Positions 27,596-37,193 of a DNA stretch of 39,665 nucleotides are shown here, piece after piece (positions within the stretch are counted from its first letter, which is position 1; each line of letters starts with the position of its first letter). Below the pieces are notes generated by a model. That model did not search any database, was not told the origin of the DNA, and saw only the letters and a program-made list of their open reading frames with translations. The stretch comes from Candidatus Binatus sp. GTDB taxonomy: Bacteria > Desulfobacterota > Binatia > Binatales > Binataceae. The stretch covers positions 1 to 39,665 of the forward strand of contig JBAWCX010000316.1 in NCBI GenBank assembly GCA_049590495.1, written 5' to 3'. The translations under genes were made by a program, and so were the position numbers.

Positions 27596-28591
27596 ATGAG
27601 TGCTATCAACGTGCCCGATGCTTCCGTCATTCTGGTGTCCTTCAACACCCGCGACCTCCTCCGCCAATGCTGTCTGACCTTGAACCGCGAGGCAGGTGGC
27701 GTGACCTACGAGACGATTGTCGTCGACAATGCTTCGCGAGACGGCTCGGCCGACATGGTCGCGACCGAGTTCCCCGACGTGCGGCTGATTCGAAGCGAGG
27801 TCAACCTAGGATTTGCCGCCGCGAATAATCGCGCTTTTGAGATATCACGCGGCCGCTACATCGTGTTGCTGAACTCGGACGCGTTTTTGCGGCCGGGTAC
27901 GCTGCCGCTATCAATCGAACATATGGACGCCAATCCTCGCGTCGGCCTCGCCGGTGGGAGACTGGTGGGACGTGACGGCTCCTGGCAGCCATCGGCGCGA
28001 ATGTTCCCCTCGCTACTCAACAACCTCCTTATGATGTCGGGCCTGGCGGCCAAATTTCCAAAATCGCGACTGCTGGGACGAATGGATCGCACCTGGGCCG
28101 ATCCACTTCAGCCGGCACAGGTCGACTGGGTGCCAGGCGCCTATAGCATCATAAGGCGGAGCGTGCTCGATCGGATTGGCTTCTTCGATGAACGGTTCTT
28201 CCTCTACTTCGAGGAAGTGGACCTTTGCCGGCGCATCAAGGCTGCCAAAAGCGAGGTCTGGTATTGGCCAGACATCGTGGTCGAGCACCTTGGCGGTGAA
28301 TCCGCGAAGACTGTGAAAGATCCCATGTCACTCGGCTCCGGTTTGCAAATCGAGCTGTGGAGGATGCGCGCCGGGCTGCTCTATTTCAGGAAGCATCATG
28401 GGAAGGCGGGCGCCTGGTCCAACATGCTTCTAGAGAGTTGGTGGTACCGGTTGCGTGCCTTTCGCAATCGGTGGTTGACCTCGGACCAGCGCAACCCGAG
28501 AGCGGCGAACTTTGAAGCCGGAGTCGCAGTGTTGAAACAGGCATGGTTTGACACCGAGGGTGGAAAGATTTCGCCCCCGCGGCCCTGGTGA
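27596..28591 (+). CDS. family-2 glycosyltransferase (soluble, rhamnosyltransferase-like architecture)
   Basis: Motifs are ASVILVSFNTRDLL, VVDNASRDGS, LLNSDAF and GAYSIIRRSVLDRIGFFDERFFLYFEEVDLCRR. Confidence 0.9.
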   Translation: MSAINVPDASVILVSFNTRDLLRQCCLTLNREAGGVTYETIVVDNASRDGSADMVATEFPDVRLIRSEVNLGFAAANNRAFEISRGRYIVLLNSDAFLRPGTLPLSIEHMDANPRVGLAGGRLVGRDGSWQPSARMFPSLLNNLLMMSGLAAKFPKSRLLGRMDRTWADPLQPAQVDWVPGAYSIIRRSVLDRIGFFDERFFLYFEEVDLCRRIKAAKSEVWYWPDIVVEHLGGESAKTVKDPMSLGSGLQIELWRMRAGLLYFRKHHGKAGAWSNMLLESWWYRLRAFRNRWLTSDQRNPRAANFEAGVAVLKQAWFDTEGGKISPPRPW

Positions 28592-28598
28592 TCGAAAG

Positions 28599-29642
28599 AT
28601 GCTCGATACGCCCTCGCTTTCTGTCGTCGTAATCGGACGCAACGAAGGCAATCGCCTCGTGCGATGCCTCGAATCCGTCGCCGCGATGCGCCAAGTTGGC
28701 CGAGCGCCCGAGCTCATCTACGTGGATTCCGCGTCAAGCGACGGCAGCCTCGAGCGCGCCGCCCAACTCGGTGCAGAAGTAATTTCAGTCACGCCCCTTC
28801 GCCTGTCCCCAGCAGTCGGGCGAAATGCTGGCTGGCATGCAGCACGCGGTGCGATCGTGCTCTTCCTTGATGGCGACATGACCGTAATGCCGGATTTCGT
28901 CGAGCGGACGATCGTCGAATTTGCCGATCCAAAGGTCGGAATCGTCTTTGGCGATTGTCGCGAGAGCAATCCCCAAGGATCGATCTACATCCGGATCCTG
29001 GATCTCGACTGGATTGTGCCCGTTGGTCCTGTCGAGTATTGCGGTGGCGCTGCCCTAATTCGTCGCGACTTGCTCGAACGAGTCGGCGGTTACAACGAGA
29101 ACTTAATCGCCGCCGAGGACACCGAGCTATGCTCCCGCGTCCGTGCGATCGGCTACACGATTCTTCACGTCGACCGGCTGATGGTCCGTCACGACCTGGC
29201 AATTACCAAATTTTCCCAGTATTGCCGCCGCGCCTTTCGCTCAGGGTATGCGTACGCGGAGGTCTCCGAACGAATTCGTCGCAGCGATTTGCCGGTCTGG
29301 TATCGTCAGGCGCGGCGCAACCGGGCCCAGGGAGCCGTGATGGTAGCGATTGTCGCCGGCGCGCCGATATTCGCGATCGCGCTTCGTTCGCTTGTCCCCG
29401 TTTTGATTGCTATCGCGATAGTCGCGGCGCTCGCGGTTCGCACTGCAATTCGTGGCCGTTGGAAGAAGGTTCCGCTGCTTACTCGACTGCTTCACGGCTT
29501 GCATTCGCATCTGGTGCAGATACCGCTGGTATTCGGCCAACTCAGGTATCAACTGGATCGCTTCGGTGGCAACACTGTGGAACTTATCGAATACAAGGAC
29601 GCTTCGGCTCCAATGCCACCAAAGATCAAGTCGGGGCGCTAA
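28599..29642 (+). CDS. family-2 glycosyltransferase with C-terminal TM helices
   Basis: ATG 28599 (MLDTPSLSVVVIGRNEG) lies just after the upstream stop. Motifs are YVDSASSDGS, FLDGDM (DxD) and GGAALIRRDLLERVGGY. Two C-terminal TM helices follow. The track ORF start at 28548 overlaps the previous gene. Confidence 0.85.
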   Translation: MLDTPSLSVVVIGRNEGNRLVRCLESVAAMRQVGRAPELIYVDSASSDGSLERAAQLGAEVISVTPLRLSPAVGRNAGWHAARGAIVLFLDGDMTVMPDFVERTIVEFADPKVGIVFGDCRESNPQGSIYIRILDLDWIVPVGPVEYCGGAALIRRDLLERVGGYNENLIAAEDTELCSRVRAIGYTILHVDRLMVRHDLAITKFSQYCRRAFRSGYAYAEVSERIRRSDLPVWYRQARRNRAQGAVMVAIVAGAPIFAIALRSLVPVLIAIAIVAALAVRTAIRGRWKKVPLLTRLLHGLHSHLVQIPLVFGQLRYQLDRFGGNTVELIEYKDASAPMPPKIKSGR

Positions 29643-29784
29643 ACGGCGTTGCTCTGAACGAGAAACGAAATTCGGGGTAAATCGTGAAACCTGACCGTTC
29701 AGGTGATAGGCGAAGTCAATACACACCAAGGCTTTCGCCCAAGCGAGCGAGCTTAAGTGACGAAGTTAAGGTGCTTGGAGAATC

Positions 29785-31020
29785 GTGAGCGCGCGTCTGC
29801 GAATCCTTTACGCTGCTGGTCCGGGCGACGCGGTGGATGCGTACCGTCTGTGGAAGGCAGGAAAGGACGCGCCATTCGAGATGTCGATCGCATTCTCAAA
29901 AACTTTTCTGGATTGGTGCGAAGCAGCGAGCGTCGAGGCGCATCTTATCTCGTCCAATTCCCGTCGCGAAATTTTCCGCGACGGACAATATATCGTCGAG
30001 AATCGTCCCCGACCCGCGTCGTATTGGGCCAACGGCGTGAGATATCATCTAGCGTCCATTGGCTACGGGCTGAGCGTTGTGGGTACCGCTGTGCGCGAAC
30101 GGCCCGACGTCGTGATCGTCGATTCCGGCACCACGCATTGGATCGTCCTGTCCTTGCTGGCGCTGATGCGGATCCCCGTGATCGCGGTCATGCACAACGC
30201 ACTATGGCCCGCCGGCCACAGGCCGGGGCGACGATTCGATCGGTTGCGATTGGCGCTCGACGGATTGTTCTTTCGGCGCTTTGCGGCGGCCACTGTTTGC
30301 GTATCCCCGGAATGCGAGCGGCAAGTCCGGACTATAGCACAGACGCCCCGAGGCCCCCTCTCCCAATACCGGCCGCGATTTCGCCGGGGACTTCTTGATG
30401 TTCTCCCTCCGCCTCCACCTCATGAGTTGAGACCCTTTCGTGTCCTTTACGTCGGAAGGATTGAAGAGTCCAAGGGTGTTTTTCTCATTGTTTCAATGGC
30501 CGAAAAGCTCGAAAGAGAGATGCCCGGTCAACTGACATGGAGGATTTTCGGCTATGGCAGCGCGTCCGCGGAGCTTGCGCGGCAGGTGGGGCAACGCAAG
30601 CTTGGTCATCTGATCGAGATCGCAGGCAGACTCTCCCCCGAAAGGGTGAACGAAGCATACGGCTGGGCGCACGCCACCGTGGTACCAACAACCAGTCAAA
30701 TCGGCGAAGGTTTGGCAATGACCGCGGTCGAGGCGATACTCGCCGGTCGCCCGGTAGTCATCAGCGAAGTCGTGCCGGCTGGGGAAGTGCTGGGCGAAGC
30801 GGCAATAAGCGCTACTACCGATGACTTGGACAGTTTTGTGGCAGCTTTTCGAAAGCTTGTAACGGAACCGTCCTACTACGAGGCTCATCGCCGCACGCCG
30901 GTCGCGGTCAAGGAGCAGTTTTACGACGTCTCTCAGGGTCTGGGTTTCGTGCTTGGTCGCGCGATTTCAACGCTGTGGCCGAGTGACATGGCCGGCTCTG
31001 GTCGCGCCCCTGTTTCATGA
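29785..31020 (+). CDS. GT4 (GT-B fold) glycosyltransferase
   Basis: 411 aa with a GTG start (MSARLRILYAAGPG). The C-terminal half has FRVLYVGRIEESKG and GEGLAMTAVEAILAGRPVVIS. Its stop overlaps the next start (ATGA at 31017-31020). Confidence 0.85.
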   Translation: MSARLRILYAAGPGDAVDAYRLWKAGKDAPFEMSIAFSKTFLDWCEAASVEAHLISSNSRREIFRDGQYIVENRPRPASYWANGVRYHLASIGYGLSVVGTAVRERPDVVIVDSGTTHWIVLSLLALMRIPVIAVMHNALWPAGHRPGRRFDRLRLALDGLFFRRFAAATVCVSPECERQVRTIAQTPRGPLSQYRPRFRRGLLDVLPPPPPHELRPFRVLYVGRIEESKGVFLIVSMAEKLEREMPGQLTWRIFGYGSASAELARQVGQRKLGHLIEIAGRLSPERVNEAYGWAHATVVPTTSQIGEGLAMTAVEAILAGRPVVISEVVPAGEVLGEAAISATTDDLDSFVAAFRKLVTEPSYYEAHRRTPVAVKEQFYDVSQGLGFVLGRAISTLWPSDMAGSGRAPVS

Positions 31021-32105
31021 CTTCCAAGAGAAATTTCGGACTCGATCTACTCAGAGCCAGTGCGATCGCGGCGGTCTTCCTCGGGCATGAGGTAACGTTT
31101 ACCGGCGTTCCGTTCCTTAGTGAACTGGGTACAGGCGTCGATCTGTTCTTTGTACTCTCCGGGTTTCTGATCGGACGTATCTATTTCCGCTCTTCGACGC
31201 AACCGGATTTTACTCCGTTGCGCTTTTGGCGATCGCGCTGGTGGCGAACAATCCCGCCTTACTTCGCAGCCCTGGCGCTCTATATGCTGGCCGATCGAGT
31301 GCTGTTGCAGCCGTCCCATCCTGAGCTTCCCTGGTACTATTGCTTCTTTCTGCAGAACTACCTGGGCATGACCGGGTTCGGGCCTTCATGGAGTCTGTGC
31401 GTCGAGGAACACTTCTATCTGTCGCTTCCGCTCATGGCCTTTCTTGCAGATCGATTCATGGGGAGAAAGTCTCTTTACTACCTCTTGCCGATCATGTTTC
31501 TCATTCCGACCCTCTTGAGAGTCGGTCTCATCGAAATTATGCGCCTTTCGCCGCGTGACTGGTACTACATGACTCACTTCCACTGCGATGGATTGATCAG
31601 CGGCTTGTGGCTCGCCTACTTGTTTGTTGAGCGTCCCGACGTCTTCGCATCACTGCGCAAGCCCGCGATTTGGATCAGCTTTATAGTACCGATTGCCATG
31701 GCTGTGAAGCCGCTATGCTCGCCCAAGCAGGCTTTCGTATTCGACATGTACTGGTACGCAATCATTGCAATCGGCTTCAGTGGGTGGCTTCGCTGGGGCT
31801 ACGATCTCCACATACAGCCGTCCAGCGCTCCCGCCCGGCTGCTTCACCAGGCGAATCATGGTCTCGCGCTGTGTTCGTATAGTGTGTATCTGACGCACAC
31901 CACTATCGATGTGCTGGTTCGTTCGTGGCTGGTCCACTGGCACCGCGGCGTAGCCAAAACCGGCTTGGTAATGTTGGTCACGTTCTCAGTCGGTGTCGTT
32001 TTTTATTTTTTGTTTGAGCGTCCTGCGATTTTGATCCGCGATCGCATCGAGGCCTACCACCGCTCGAAGCAGCGCGCTATCGAACCTGTCACCTCAACCG
32101 CCTGA
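31017..32105 (+). CDS. acyltransferase family 3 (integral-membrane O-acyl/acetyltransferase)
   Basis: 362 aa with about 10 TM helices. The N-terminal GLDLLRASAIAAVFLGH motif is typical of the OafA/WecH-type AT3 family. Confidence 0.88.
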   Translation: MTSKRNFGLDLLRASAIAAVFLGHEVTFTGVPFLSELGTGVDLFFVLSGFLIGRIYFRSSTQPDFTPLRFWRSRWWRTIPPYFAALALYMLADRVLLQPSHPELPWYYCFFLQNYLGMTGFGPSWSLCVEEHFYLSLPLMAFLADRFMGRKSLYYLLPIMFLIPTLLRVGLIEIMRLSPRDWYYMTHFHCDGLISGLWLAYLFVERPDVFASLRKPAIWISFIVPIAMAVKPLCSPKQAFVFDMYWYAIIAIGFSGWLRWGYDLHIQPSSAPARLLHQANHGLALCSYSVYLTHTTIDVLVRSWLVHWHRGVAKTGLVMLVTFSVGVVFYFLFERPAILIRDRIEAYHRSKQRAIEPVTSTA

Positions 32106-32193
32106 GAATCAGACACTGGGCTCGGTGCTAGTGGCGATAAATCCGCCAGTGACCTTCCGCGCCCTCGCGCTCACTCGAAAGTGTGAACAATCC

Positions 32194-33045
32194 TCACTCC
32201 GACAAGCGCAGCGCCGCTTCCATACCTTTCTGCTCCTCGCCAGCAATGTGCTGCCGATAGAGAGGATGCGAGCGCAAATGGGCATAGTAAATCTGGTATC
32301 GGTAACCAATATCGCTCCGGGCGAGCAGATTCTGATTGAGGCCCACGTAAACCGCCTGCTGGCGGCGATTGAATTCCGATATAGCTAACAACTGTCCATT
32401 GCACTCACTGTACATCTCGATCTCGGTGCCTATAACGTCGTCGAAGTACATAAATAGCCTTGGCAGAAAGCGAGAGACATCCTGCTCCAAGAGTCTGAGG
32501 GAATCTCTGGTGGATGAATAAAGCGTGAGGTCGTTGAATATCGCCCCGACAGGCGCGGGATTATGACGAGTGAAGAACTCCGATACGGTATCGGCGACAT
32601 CACCCAGAACCAGTTTTGCAGGATGGAGCTTGGCCTGCAGAGCAGCTTCATCCATCCGATACAGAGAGGTGTGAAACCAGTAGGGCAGATCCTCCAGCGC
32701 CGTTACTTCGGGCAGCCCCGCTCCAGTGTCGAAGCCGTAGACTTCGACCTCGATTCCCACAGCCTGTTGCACCCTGGCCGCAAAATCCTTCAGGAAAAGC
32801 AACCCGTTGCCGCCGGCGACGCCAAATTCGATCACGGATATGCGAGGGATGCCGAGGCGCCGGGCCAGGTCGGCGGCATGGTAGGTACAATAGGCGTAGC
32901 TTGGGCGCGCCGCCCAGTTCAGTGCGACCTCGGTTTCCACAGGCAACCGGAAATATCTGCGGTAGATCCTGAGCATTACGCGGAGAGCGCTGCCTGAAAG
33001 TGAGGCGGAAGTGGCGTAGCGGAACACTGCGCTTTTGTCCTTCAT
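32194..33045 (-). CDS. class I SAM-dependent methyltransferase-fold protein (TylF/MycF-like layout)
   Basis: Motifs are VIEFGVAGGNGLLFL (glycine-rich SAM loop), YGFDTGAGLP, VLGDVADTV and the NDLTLYSST pattern. ATG 33045 (MKDKSAVFRY) is preferred; the track ORF extends to 33198. The family call is tentative. Confidence 0.6.
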   Translation of the reverse strand: MKDKSAVFRYATSASLSGSALRVMLRIYRRYFRLPVETEVALNWAARPSYAYCTYHAADLARRLGIPRISVIEFGVAGGNGLLFLKDFAARVQQAVGIEVEVYGFDTGAGLPEVTALEDLPYWFHTSLYRMDEAALQAKLHPAKLVLGDVADTVSEFFTRHNPAPVGAIFNDLTLYSSTRDSLRLLEQDVSRFLPRLFMYFDDVIGTEIEMYSECNGQLLAISEFNRRQQAVYVGLNQNLLARSDIGYRYQIYYAHLRSHPLYRQHIAGEEQKGMEAALRLSE

Positions 33046-33327
33046 TGTGACCAAGTCAGCCGTACGACAGAGCTTGTCTTGTCGGCGAAAATTGTGTGAA
33101 GCCAGGTGTCCTGAGCCAATACTACGACCGTTCGCGGGTACACGATTCGCCAAAGCGAAACTACATTTTCGCACCCAACCGGTCGCGTCCGCTTCCAACT
33201 TGCTATGCCTCGTGGACTCCGGCGCCAGCCTGCACGGATCCGGGAATGTTTTAGGTCAAATAGCACCTCTTGTTTTTCTTTCATCAAACAATAGGAGCAG
33301 GACTCCTCGGGAAGTTGGACGATCCTC

Positions 33328-34215
33328 GTGGATACGTCGGAGCAGGCCTTCGCAGAGCGGATCATGATTATCAAAACCACGTCGACCGATTATGGTTATT
33401 TCGATCCATCGATCTCTGCCTTGGGAGCACAGTATCGTGACCAATACAATTCGGCGACACCCTTTCCCCATATCGTGCTGCCCGATTTTCTAGACGAAAA
33501 CATTCTTGAACTCTGCTTGCGCGAATTCCCTGCAACACCTGAGTCCTCGGCTGGTTACAAACGGAGTCAGGAAAACCTGAAATTCGAGTTCAAACCCGAA
33601 TCGCTGTCTCCGCCCCTAAGATCGCTCTTCTATTCGTTCAACTCGATTCCATTCGTTGGTTTTATCGAGAACCTGACGGGTATCAAGGGCCTGATCCCTG
33701 ATCCATATTTCGCTGGCGCCGGCTTCCACCAGGTGAGCGATGGCGGTCACGTCAACATCCATGCTGACTTCAATTTCCACTCCGCGATGTCGTTGGAGAG
33801 GAGAATTAGCTTGCTCCTTTATCTCAACAAGGATTGGCGCGAGGAATACGGCGGCTGCTTCGAAATCTGGGATCGAGAGATGAGCCGATGCTGTGAGCGG
33901 GTAGTGCCCGCCTTCAATACCTGCGTTGTATTCAATACAAGCTCGACCTCGTTTCACGGAAACCCTGTGCCGACAAAACATCCCCTGAGGCAACCGCGCC
34001 GCGCGATCGCGCTCTTCTACTATACCGCGACCTGGGACAGTACGCGCCGCTCGCACACGACTCAGTTCAAGGTACGCCCGGACTCGTCGGACAAGTTCGA
34101 CATCAGCGTCCGCTTCAACGAAGTCATTGAAGAAGTAATGCCGCCGCTCGCACTCCGCGCCCTGAGAAAGCTGGTCCGAGTCGCCGCTCGCACTGATCGT
34201 TCGACTACCGCATGA
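33328..34215 (+). CDS. 2-oxoglutarate/Fe(II)-dependent oxygenase (P4H/2OG-FeII_Oxy_3-like)
   Basis: It has the HxD facial triad in GGHVNIHADF, the distal His in TSFHGNP, a basic 2OG-binding residue in RRAIALFYY, and the LLLYLNKDW..GGCFEIW motif. The start is GTG 33328 or ATG 33364. Confidence 0.8.
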   Translation: MDTSEQAFAERIMIIKTTSTDYGYFDPSISALGAQYRDQYNSATPFPHIVLPDFLDENILELCLREFPATPESSAGYKRSQENLKFEFKPESLSPPLRSLFYSFNSIPFVGFIENLTGIKGLIPDPYFAGAGFHQVSDGGHVNIHADFNFHSAMSLERRISLLLYLNKDWREEYGGCFEIWDREMSRCCERVVPAFNTCVVFNTSSTSFHGNPVPTKHPLRQPRRAIALFYYTATWDSTRRSHTTQFKVRPDSSDKFDISVRFNEVIEEVMPPLALRALRKLVRVAARTDRSTTA

Positions 34216-34409
34216 TCCAGTTTCGCTCGTCACAGCGGCTAATTGTGCCGAATCGGAGCAGCGGATGACGACCACAAATGGCAGGCTCGATACCTTAACT
34301 CGAATAGGCATGCTTTTCCGAGGCCGATCAATGAGAGTGAGCGCTTCCACAAAAAAATGTGGTAACGCCCCGGGTCCGGGCGTCATAGCGCTGTCCTTAC
34401 TCCCAAGAC

Positions 34410-36047
34410 GTGGCTTCAGTGTACGATCGTAATATTGAGGTTGGTGCCGACATCGAGTCCGCGGGGACCAGCCGTTCAGCCCCGGCTGAGATCACTTCGC
34501 GCAGACTGATGGCAGGAACGCTCAGCACCCTGCTGACCCGCCTATTCGCGCTGTCTCTTGCATTTTTTCTTACTCCCCTTGTGGTTCACTCGATCGGCCT
34601 GGAGGCGTACGGCCTGTGGGCAATCTTAGGTTCGGCGGTCAACTATTTTGCCCTGCTCGACTTCGGGGTCGGATCCAGTTTCGTCAAGTATCTCGCTGAA
34701 TTTCTCGAGCGACGCGAGCATGACCGCGTCCGCGAGGTAATGACTTTCGGTTGTTTGTTCTATCTTGCGATGGGGGTTGTATTTCTTCCCGTAGTTCACT
34801 TTGTGGGTCCCCACATTCTCAGTTATCTGAGGCTTGACCCCGGTTATAGTTCAGCGGCAAACGAACTGCTTTTGCTCGTGGTTGCCTACTTTGTCCTGTC
34901 CAATGCGCTGGGTATCTTCGGTTCTTTCATCGTCGCGATGCAGCGAACAGATATAGCCGGTCTCATCGACACCTGTTACCTGATTGTCTATGGAGTATCT
35001 CTGGTCCTTTTGCTCCGCTTGCACTACGGCGTTTATGCTCTTGCGTATGCGATCTTTTGCGCCTTGGGCTGCACATCAATAGTTCGGATTGCGTTGGTCT
35101 ATCGAATGTTCGGTAACCCGTGGAGCAATCCTCTTCGATTGGAACGTCATCTGCTCGGGCGCGTCTTTCGTTTTGGTTTGTGGATGCAGATCAACGCCTT
35201 GACCGCCGTCATTAATCTCGAGACTGACCGTATAATCCTCGGCACTTTTGTCAGCGTAGTCAGCGCCGGATATTACGAATTGGGCAGCAAGCTGGCTGCG
35301 CTCGGCAGAATCCTGCCTTCGACCTTGCTGGCACCTCTCCTGCCCGCTGCGTCCGCCTTCGACGGGCGCCAGGACAGTGGCCGCCTCAACGCTGTTTACG
35401 TGCGCGGAACGCGGTACCTGGCTCTGGCGACCTTCCTCGTTGCGGGGTTTTTGATTGGAGCCGGGGCACAGGTACTCCAGGTATGGATGGGGCGCAGTTA
35501 TCCGTACGTAACGCTCGTTATGGGCGCACTCTTGATTTCATACGCGATCAACAACTTGACCGGCGTGGGCACCACGATCGTGCGCGCGACAGCTCAACCC
35601 TACTATGAAACCTACTATGCGGTCGTCGGCGCGGTCATAAATGTAGCAGCTACTTTGATTCTAACGCCGATTTTCGGTCTGATGGGGGTAGTGGGCGGCA
35701 CGGTTATTGGAAACGTCTGCGGCTCCCTCTATTTCCTTTGGCTCTTCCACAGGGTTCGGGGCCTCGGCTGGCGATCGACGCTGATCGAGTGGCTCTGGCG
35801 TTTAGCGCTCGGCACTTTCATCGCGTCATGTATCTTGTGGAGTATGTGCCGTCTGACTCCACAAATCTGGTTTGCTTCGCGCGCAGAAGGTCTCGTAACC
35901 TTGGCCTTACTCGGCGCAACGTACGTAGCAGTAGAGTGCATATCACTATGGATTTTGGGCTTCTGGAGAGCCGACGATCTCGATCTGATCGCTGAACTCG
36001 CGCCGAAGCTGGTGGCGGGGCAGCTCACTCCAGTACGGAATCGCTAA
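34410..36047 (+). CDS. wzx: MOP-superfamily polysaccharide flippase (Wzx/RfbX type)
   Basis: 545 aa with about 12-14 TM helices, typical Wzx length and hydrophobic periodicity. The start is GTG 34410, or ATG 34509 (MAGTLSTLLTRLF). Confidence 0.82.
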   Translation: MASVYDRNIEVGADIESAGTSRSAPAEITSRRLMAGTLSTLLTRLFALSLAFFLTPLVVHSIGLEAYGLWAILGSAVNYFALLDFGVGSSFVKYLAEFLERREHDRVREVMTFGCLFYLAMGVVFLPVVHFVGPHILSYLRLDPGYSSAANELLLLVVAYFVLSNALGIFGSFIVAMQRTDIAGLIDTCYLIVYGVSLVLLLRLHYGVYALAYAIFCALGCTSIVRIALVYRMFGNPWSNPLRLERHLLGRVFRFGLWMQINALTAVINLETDRIILGTFVSVVSAGYYELGSKLAALGRILPSTLLAPLLPAASAFDGRQDSGRLNAVYVRGTRYLALATFLVAGFLIGAGAQVLQVWMGRSYPYVTLVMGALLISYAINNLTGVGTTIVRATAQPYYETYYAVVGAVINVAATLILTPIFGLMGVVGGTVIGNVCGSLYFLWLFHRVRGLGWRSTLIEWLWRLALGTFIASCILWSMCRLTPQIWFASRAEGLVTLALLGATYVAVECISLWILGFWRADDLDLIAELAPKLVAGQLTPVRNR

Positions 36048-36056
36048 GTCTAGAGT

Positions 36057-37193
36057 ATGCGCGTTACCTTCGTATTCCCTTCACAGGCTCTCGTGCCTAA
36101 TGGTGGCGCTAGAGTAGCGAATGAGTACGCCAACTATCTCGCGCAGCACGGCCATGAAGTGAATCTGGTTTTCCCGCGCAGAATTGGCTTGGAGCGGGTG
36201 TCCGTGCGCGAGCGGGCAAGGTTTATCAAAGATTGGTCGAAGGCGCTCGCGTCCGCGACATTGCGGCGGCTTATGGACAGGTCCCCACTCCCGTGGATGC
36301 GGATCGACCCGAGAATTAAATTGTCTTTTGTGCCGGGGCTCGATTCGCGCTTTATCCCCGACGCCGACGCCGTGTTTGCCACGTTTTGGCTGACGGCGGA
36401 ATACGTGATCAAATTTCCCCAAGCCAAGGGTAAAAAGTTTTATCTGATCCAGGGCTACGAGATCTGGGGTGGACCCAAAGAGCGGGTCGAGGCAACCTGG
36501 CGCCTATCGATGCACAAAGTGGTTGTCTCGAACTGGCTCTATGATTTGGGGAGAACGCTGGGAGCGCGACCTCTGCGCCATATTCCCAACGCGGTCGACC
36601 ACCGGCATTTCCGTATTCTCGATCCGTCGCATGCGCGCCAGCTCAGCATCCTCGCCATTTACCACTGCCAACCGATTAAAGGCTCTCAGGATTCCTTGAG
36701 TGTATTTCGCCTTCTGCACGAGCGTCATCCAGGTATCAGCATCAGTATGTTCGGACCTTATCGTCGGGGAGCAGAGATACCGAATTGGATCCAATATTTT
36801 CAAAACCCATCCCAGGATTTGATCCGCGATTTATATAATCAGCATGCAATATACGTGGGCTCCAGCTACTCCGAGGGTTGGGCGCTCCCACCCGCCGAGG
36901 CAATGGCCTGCGGATGTGCATTTGTCGGTACGAATATCGGCGGGTTTCGCGACTACGCGATTAACGGTCTCACGGCGCTGCTCAGTTCGCCTGGGGATTG
37001 CAACGCGATGTTCGAGAATTTATGCCGCGTCATTGAAAACCCCGAACTGCTAAGTCGCTTGCGCAAAGGTGGGACCGAATTCATTCGGCAATTCACCTGG
37101 GAAAAGTCCGGCGCTCTGTTGGAAGACTACCTTCACGAAGTCGTCGATCCAGATCAACGGGAAAGCGCTGCAGCGGCCAATGTTGTTGTCTAA
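36057..37193 (+). CDS. GT4 (GT-B fold) glycosyltransferase
   Basis: 378 aa. It begins MRVTFVFPS..NGGARV and has the C-terminal motif SYSEGWALPPAEAMACGCAFVGTNIGGFRDY. Confidence 0.9.
   Translation: MRVTFVFPSQALVPNGGARVANEYANYLAQHGHEVNLVFPRRIGLERVSVRERARFIKDWSKALASATLRRLMDRSPLPWMRIDPRIKLSFVPGLDSRFIPDADAVFATFWLTAEYVIKFPQAKGKKFYLIQGYEIWGGPKERVEATWRLSMHKVVVSNWLYDLGRTLGARPLRHIPNAVDHRHFRILDPSHARQLSILAIYHCQPIKGSQDSLSVFRLLHERHPGISISMFGPYRRGAEIPNWIQYFQNPSQDLIRDLYNQHAIYVGSSYSEGWALPPAEAMACGCAFVGTNIGGFRDYAINGLTALLSSPGDCNAMFENLCRVIENPELLSRLRKGGTEFIRQFTWEKSGALLEDYLHEVVDPDQRESAAAANVVV

Noticed and set aside
27047-27667. 206-aa minus-strand ORF.
   Set aside because: It lies antisense to the SDR half of the fusion gene and to the start of the GT2 gene. 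It has no motifs.
28955-29680. 241-aa plus-strand ORF in another frame of the GT2 gene. Similar cases are 29757-30398, 6463-7014 and 5666-6190.
   Set aside because: These are alternative-frame, Arg-rich translations that overlap well-supported genes. This is characteristic of off-frame reading in GC-rich DNA.
32114-32151. CACTGG ... CCAGTG inverted repeat between the convergent acyltransferase and methyltransferase genes, considered as a bidirectional terminator.
   Set aside because: The stem is only 6 bp with a loop of about 26 nt and no flanking T/A runs. This is too weak to call.
33616-34386. 256-aa minus-strand ORF.
   Set aside because: It lies antisense to the 2OG-Fe(II) oxygenase, which has a complete catalytic motif set. 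It has no motifs of its own.
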